Virus record (IMG/VR): IMGVR_UViG_3300049846_001081
Length of the DNA stretch: 64,000 nt
Strand: one strand, 5' to 3'
DNA from: a virus
Lineage: Duplodnaviria > Caudoviricetes
A model generated the notes under the pieces. It searched no databases. It worked only from the letters and a program-made list of their open reading frames with translations, and was not told where the DNA came from. Position 1 is the first letter of the stretch, and every line of letters begins with the position of its first letter. Shown piece after piece: positions 61,901 to 64,000 of the stretch. The position numbers were made by a program, and so were the translations under genes.

Positions 61901-62007
61901 AAGAGTCTAATGCTTATACTGCATATACTACAAATGGTTATGTTGGAATATCTACAGGAACTATTTTAAGGAGAAAAACTCCATTAAAATATCTCAATTA
62001 CACTTAA
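49981..62007 (+). CDS. gp7: Giant baseplate wedge initiator (cyanophage-type gp7)
   Basis: 4008 aa between gp6 and gp8; IKDFYQSKGT..SFKILF; PIIGWAYDGNPIYGPYGY...GRFCVTPEFPNGTYAYF; QDSDFYQNFSY...H.TGF.KF. Confidence 0.75.
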   Translation: MTEKRVQFSNIVNNQLPLYVREEFPLISEFLSQYYISQEFKSAPVDLIQNIDKYVKVDEITNRTDSVILGANISDIDTTITVNVGTNPEGTTNFPDSYGLIQIDNEIITYTSKTFNSFRGCIRGFSGISSYVSESTPDQLTFKSTESSNHNKGATILNLSSLFLKEFLTKIKYQLSPGFENRSLYSGIKESIFLKQIKDFYQSKGTDESFKILFKVLYGEEVKIVKPKENLFRPSDAQFRLTNDLIVESISGNPETLLNQTLYQDQYGSIQYARSPIAYVEKIISGVGNTYYKLSLDAGYDRDVITEGTTIGRFTVHPQTKIVGPVSVGVTVFDVDSTVGFPNSGELLVQYGDETTGIVSYTSKSLNQFFGCSGVSKTIFDTAPVGINTYAHAYSSVDGSLVSLRITSVLNSVTIPDNTRYYYKNDTSIIRTLGVNAKDISSKNWFFNVPISYKVKTITLRGTGDTYDITTEKENIFKIGDKVEIISRSGSKVTSSIFDLVSEKTFSIKGQGNITLSEIYIVKKVILKTKSTFFPNVSTVNSNVQNSYKLDEKTLIASPSLPNYLDQSLSTTDRSITFGGTFSGTVFTITPNFDHGFYTGDCVYYTPQKSSRDNVLSSIFDEGIYFIKRIDSNRVSFAKSRSNIFNNIFVSVSSSTTVLNNKIDFFDYKSKTLNSQKLLREISPPVDNGDIHKTEPGFTGILVNGVEILNYKANESIYYGKIESINVNSSVTNCDVINPPILNITDTVGTGATGFCAVRGSLQEIRIIDPGFDYVDTPIVKITGGNGTGAKAYANMKLIEHESVFNSEVNSALISLGASSSTIGFSTYHKFRNGERVIYKTDSQKGVGGLSTDSSYFVSVVNNYTVKLHKTLSDVVAGINTVVLSSYGTGNHKLKSYYQKSVVGSINIENSGSNYENKKRTTTHIGINTALSQIEIKNHDYQSGDTVIYTTDFTPISGLTTNTEYFVTKITDDAFRLSPVGLGSTNRDFYYKTNQYAKLNSVGLGTHVFNYPEIKVELIGNIGISSIGTTTFKANVQPIFRGEITSVHLTSGGVGYGSSDIINFYRQPLFELKTGKSAELTPVVSYDGKITEVLVNNTGSEYNSPPTLIIDGDGIGAVLTPVISNGKIIDVKVIDGGIGYNPGSTSITVIPSGSVAEFSANIQSWTINLFKKYFSTITSDDGFVVKGLSDSFGLQYSHLYAPRKLREILQPSDQNGNKVYGKTDLVKINNIESNSTSHSPIIGWAYDGNPIYGPYGYITKTGGIISQIKSGYVLEEKNNRPSKNSYDLGFFVEDYTYYEKNDDTILDENNGRFCVTPEFPNGTYAYFATFESFADSSGKFVNYKQPQFPYLIGNNFKSRPIDFNFLKNSNQDNLDLNQTSWSRNTYFYNLINDDSSYSYLTIPNELNQTLDVKYASPGSVDSIGIETGGQNYQINDTVIFDNADTQGYGISAKVSRISGKSVSFVSVATSTISSVEIYPSENKGEYIIFAENPHNFKNNDIVSVSGLSTTSSLIEGSYKVGISTNILTVSGVGTTSGTVTTGIASVGVTGIVTYINVFGNIRYPNIKENDILEIGSENVKVLNVDNLNSRIRVIRAYNGTSGTAHTSSTQIKEKSRKLIINAGYRTSYDYKINKQFYFNPIDSVGLGTLSGVGIGTTINFTNPGAGLTQIFIPTKSIYIQKHGLETGDLVTYSNNGGSSLVVSFTGIGTTSLSDQSSLYVAKISDDIIGLATVRVGLGSTGTFVGIASTQRSSTTLYFVGLGSGVYHSLKTNFDVITGAIERNLVTVSCSSTHGLNSNDVVYVDVNPSISTSFAVKYDDYNRKVLVNTRTFISGNVNTSANTITLINHNLSTGQKVLHTSDSPSGGLQNQKEYFVVKVDKNTIKLANTFYDATLRKPNIVNITSSSFGTISPINPHISLYKDSVVTFDLSDASLSYTIQSQKYPAFILDFYTDKNFTQVFDSTKEKNTFEVQKYGVVGVTSDARVVLTVNKDIPQNLYYKLTPVYDSNNNLPDIKKQISIDYDVQSNNQISVLLSKYNGKQTIISSSSTSFTYTLPETPEESSYTNPTSIINYTTDSINAYGPISEIEITNSGKNYYSLPGISTIKTKIGYGGILNVSSQSIGKIRKTKINDIGFDFPSDFTLRPSAILTQIIKIEPLSSLKSVGITSFGRGYSIAPKLIVIDGKTNKLVPEIDLNYTLGKNQVEIRKNAYSLSNVTPIILPTQNSNGVGIGSIKYNSSSKEVTVTLAVGFSTADSFPFKVNDRVMIENISVGVGSTGIGYNSENYNYKLFPITSVTENRGGIGSVTYSLNGLLTGSQIPGIYDAVNSSGRIIPEKYFPVFDVQLQKNNYLSGETVKSKSATGYVDGWDPLSNQLRVVSKENFIKGEVVEGTISKTQGIANILDYNEIFFNLNSSSIIDNGWQVNAGFLNANSERIQDSDFYQNFSYSIKSSVAYEDWNDAVSTLNHTTGFKKFAELQVETKNSNSMSVGLSTNQTYLEVIADLTGFANLNCVSDFDLVKENFLSGSGRSFSNEITFSNRVLTDYFESIGNRVLSIDDLRPEFNSNPRATRFSEVHRFLLTDARAQKYITYVVDRRYVGQRQLMLVTLIQSGGTGYLNQYARLESSYDLGSFDFNVDGVEGVLTFNPTNYSVNDYNITTLSYNLKDSMLGIGTSYFGDLATVKTTSNFVSSGSTTIVGMGTTFNSAKVLVEITASNGQYEFDELNIVHDGTNIELLEYGQITNHSADVLSSSGLGTYYPYISGSNVMVDFYPNTGIAVTVNTFQTLLGGSSSGIGTYDMKHARLQGISTSISSSGSPIATPIIEYPGDYDCSYALVQIADTTNNRYQLSEIVVLDDQTDSSTGEVYIVEFGTIETYAGLGTFGAVKNGSTTQITFTPLPSIDIRVSAFFNALRYQDDAKDIVSFNNGSIETNDGTYFGTDRDVRRAFDLRHKGNEIFRRDFDGSSSTIIDILNNTITIPNHFFVTGERVVYSHAGAGTTQAIGIASTDFGVGIGTTNRVPSSVYIVKVSENTVKLARNAEDALKPSPVVLDFTSVGIGTSHTFTSINQNSKVIIAIDNIIQSPIVSTAQSTTLSSNVFTTDDTIFVSGITSFFGGDLIKINNEIMRVDGVGIGSTNSMRVRRPWMGTNVSTHSVGDVVIKVVGNYNIVDNTLNFVDAPYGNIPLSTSTNPPDERDWVGISTSSTFQGRSFMRSGIPASSNETYHKNYIFDDISNQFTGTNKKFNLKSNGVNVTGISSENAIILINDIFQGPGLTNDYYLTESVGITTLNFTGTATSISNDINTASIPAGGIIVSVGSTEGFGYQPLISAGGTAIVSGLGTISSISIGNSGSGYRVGVQTVKVGVATSTTGTPSIHFVGTAIVSNGNVVSIAITNPGTGYTSTNPPYVVIDDPLSYSNLPLIYSSSSSLGIGTQASVDIVVGQGSSVIDFEIRNLGYSYKSGEILTVSIGGTVGIPTDPTKSFKEFQISIQSTVTDEFTGWSIGELQVLDNIEDLFDGSRFTFPLRVGGSLVSIRSAKGSNINVQDNLLVFLNDVLQVPGLGYQFTGGSIITFSEPPKSGDTCKIIFYKGSGSIDVIERNILETVKIGDDLTIGYDSSLGQTELLQETERVVSSIESTDLVETLPYYGPGLSNDSNLLRPVTWCRQTEDRIINEKEVGKDRELYEASIYPSSYLINSIGIGSTFVFVDSIRPFFNPINENDISLNFQKDIVIVSQDIRVSASATAIVSGLGTVSSVVISDGGVGYTTATVSFGSTTGVGGTSQAFGSVIIGVGGSVTGIAITSPGFGYTSANPPQVLISPPSFILEENTVNVYEGDFGIITGISTTTIGVASTGIVFDFLIPQDSPLRNSSITGFTSISGINTGYYFVVHNSNVGNGVTSLDSSGSVIGIGTTFLDNVYQAVSVSIAQTSTPGLGVTYVAKVTVSLSSYNNLSGIGFSNFYGEFSWGRISLGPRKESNAYTAYTTNGYVGISTGTILRRKTPLKYLNYT

Positions 62008-62031
62008 TAAATAGATAAAAAACTCCATCAA

Positions 62032-63582
62032 ATGTCTGCAATTATAACTGACCAGATTAGAATATTGAATGCTAAAAATTTTGTTAATGAAGTTAGTTCT
62101 GCAACAAATTCTTATTATTCTTTTATAGGACTTCCAAATTCTAATGAAATACAAACTAATTGGGATATAAGTCCACCCTCTCCCAAAGATTCTTTTGATG
62201 AAGAGAATAGTTATTGGGATACCATGATTGCATTAAAAAAAATTAATGCATCCGATGTAAGACAGGTTGTTCAAAAAAGATTTTGGTCTTCTGGAACAAC
62301 TTATGACATGTATCGTCATGATTATAGCAGATCAAATACGGCTAAAGTTTCTGGAGCAACAAATTTATATTCAGCAACATATTATGTTATTAATAGCGAC
62401 TATAGAGTTTATATCTGTTTACAAAATGGAACAACACCAGATACTCCAAATGGAAAACCATCTTTAGATGAACCAACATTTACTGATCTGGAACCAAGAT
62501 CAGCTGGATCTAGTGGCGATGGTTATTTGTGGAAATATTTGTATACAATAAAACCATCAGAAGCAACTAAATTTGAAACTGCAGATTTTATTCCAGTTCC
62601 TCAAAATTGGAGCACTTCTTCAGATAATTCTGCAGTTAGAAATAATGCGGTGGATGGATCTATAAAAGTTGTAACTATAACTAATCGTGGTGTTGGAGTT
62701 GGAACTGCAAATAGAACATATACCCGAGTTCCAATTCGTGGAGATGGCACTGGGGCAGAATGCACAATAGTAATTAATAACGATCAAAAGGTAGAATCTG
62801 TAACTATTTCAAGTCAAGGTTCAGGTTATACTTATGGTAATGTTGATTTAGTTGAGGGAAATGTTCCAACTGGAACAACTAGACCAACTTTTGATGTCAT
62901 TATTCCACCAAAAGGTGGACATGGGGCAGACATATATCGCGAACTTGGTGCCTATAATGTTCTTTTATATTCTAGAATTGAAAATGATAACCAAAATCCA
63001 GATTTTATAACAGGAAACCAAATTGCAAGAGTAGGAATTGTTGAAAATCCAAAGGTAAGTTCTGGATCTTTGTTAACTTCCGATAAAGCAAGTGCTGTTT
63101 ATGCATTGAAATTGACAGGTGCTGGTTACAGTTCAGCAACATTTACCTCTGATTCATATTTTACACAAACAGTATCTACTGGAACTACAGCAGTTGGTAG
63201 AGTTGTTAGTTATGATCAAACTACAGGGGTTCTTAAATATTGGCAGGATCGCTCTCTTGCTGGATTCACAACGGTTGGTGTGGCAATAACAAATCCTACT
63301 TATGGATTTGATTTAGTTGAGTTTACTAGTTCTCCATCTACTGGGGGAAGTTTAACAATTATTCCATCAAGTGGTTCAAATCTAACGATAGATTCTGCCT
63401 TCACGGGTATATCCACAGTGATAAATAGTAGGACATACTATCTTGGTCAGGAATTTACATCTGGTGTTTCTTCTCCTGAAGTTAAAAAATATTCAGGAAA
63501 TATAATTTATGTGGATAATCGTCCTTCTATAACTAGATCATCAAACCAAAAAGAAGATATTAAAGTCATTTTGCAGTTCTAA
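62032..63582 (+). CDS. gp8: Baseplate wedge subunit
   Basis: MSAIITDQ.RI.NA..F; W..G..YDMYRHDY; VY.CL.NG; DGY.WKYLYTI; ends YSG.IIY.DNR..ITR..NQ.EDIK.IL.F; ATAAATA at 62007. Confidence 0.92.
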   Translation: MSAIITDQIRILNAKNFVNEVSSATNSYYSFIGLPNSNEIQTNWDISPPSPKDSFDEENSYWDTMIALKKINASDVRQVVQKRFWSSGTTYDMYRHDYSRSNTAKVSGATNLYSATYYVINSDYRVYICLQNGTTPDTPNGKPSLDEPTFTDLEPRSAGSSGDGYLWKYLYTIKPSEATKFETADFIPVPQNWSTSSDNSAVRNNAVDGSIKVVTITNRGVGVGTANRTYTRVPIRGDGTGAECTIVINNDQKVESVTISSQGSGYTYGNVDLVEGNVPTGTTRPTFDVIIPPKGGHGADIYRELGAYNVLLYSRIENDNQNPDFITGNQIARVGIVENPKVSSGSLLTSDKASAVYALKLTGAGYSSATFTSDSYFTQTVSTGTTAVGRVVSYDQTTGVLKYWQDRSLAGFTTVGVAITNPTYGFDLVEFTSSPSTGGSLTIIPSSGSNLTIDSAFTGISTVINSRTYYLGQEFTSGVSSPEVKKYSGNIIYVDNRPSITRSSNQKEDIKVILQF

Positions 63583-63588
63583 AGAATT

Positions 63589-64000
63589 ATGTCTCAGGCA
63601 ACTAATCTCAACGTATCTCCGTATTTTGACGATTTTAACGCAGATAATGACTATTATAGAGTTCTTTTCAAACCAGGTTATCCAGTTCAAGCTAGAGAAC
63701 TGACAACTTTACAGTCAATATTACAAAATCAAATTGAAAAATTTGGTCAACATTTTTTTAAAGAAGGCGCTAAAGTTATACCAGGCAACACAGGATATAC
63801 GAGACTATATTATGCAGTAGAACTTCAAAATACTTATCTTGGAGTTCCAGTATCTGCTTACGCCGATCAATTAGTTGGCACAAAAATTACAGGACAATCT
63901 TCTGGAGTAACTGCAGTAGTTGATAAAATTTTGTTACCATCCGATTCGGAAAGAGGAAACTTAACTCTTTATATCAATTACTTAGCATCCAATACACAAA
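63589..64000 (+). CDS. 3'-truncated structural protein (DUF4815/VrlC-like)
   Basis: MSQATNLNVSPYFDDF...YYRVLFKPG.PVQARELTTLQSILQNQIEKFG; runs off the window. Confidence 0.8.
   Translation, partial: MSQATNLNVSPYFDDFNADNDYYRVLFKPGYPVQARELTTLQSILQNQIEKFGQHFFKEGAKVIPGNTGYTRLYYAVELQNTYLGVPVSAYADQLVGTKITGQSSGVTAVVDKILLPSDSERGNLTLYINYLASNTQ

Overview
64 kb of an AT-rich, T4-like tailed phage genome (myovirus). It is most consistent with the cyanomyovirus group (Kyanoviridae-like), but the host is inferred only indirectly because no photosynthesis genes lie in this window. Almost all genes are on the + strand. (1) 1-15.2 kb: late tail/receptor module with five tandem Ig-like + 7-bladed RCC1-repeat proteins, two long fibre proteins and a peptidase S74 chaperone, each behind an ATAAATA late promoter. 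(2) 15.3-30.6 kb: dense small accessory ORFs including a HEXXH peptidase, a cupin, DUF4385, a SET-domain protein and a GIY-YIG endonuclease with a structured leader. (3) 30.6-44.6 kb: a gene-cassette array punctuated by 12 near-identical 36-bp elements (AATTAAAGTTACTCACCTCCAAAGTGTCCTAGTAGT). These usually sit exactly between one stop codon and the next ATG. The cassettes include a putative restriction-modification pair, an SF2 helicase, a KxDG ligase-like protein, an HNH nuclease and two proteins with T4-type capsid-targeting signals. (4) 44.0-45.3 kb: two outward-facing near-twin sigma70 promoters with no adjacent ORFs and a long hairpin (candidate ncRNA or origin). (5) 45.7-64 kb: conserved cyanophage-type genes and baseplate wedge genes gp25, gp6, gp7, gp8, plus the start of the next structural gene. 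No tRNA, rRNA, CRISPR array, integrase or reverse transcriptase was seen. Family assignments come from motif recognition by eye; no database searches were run.
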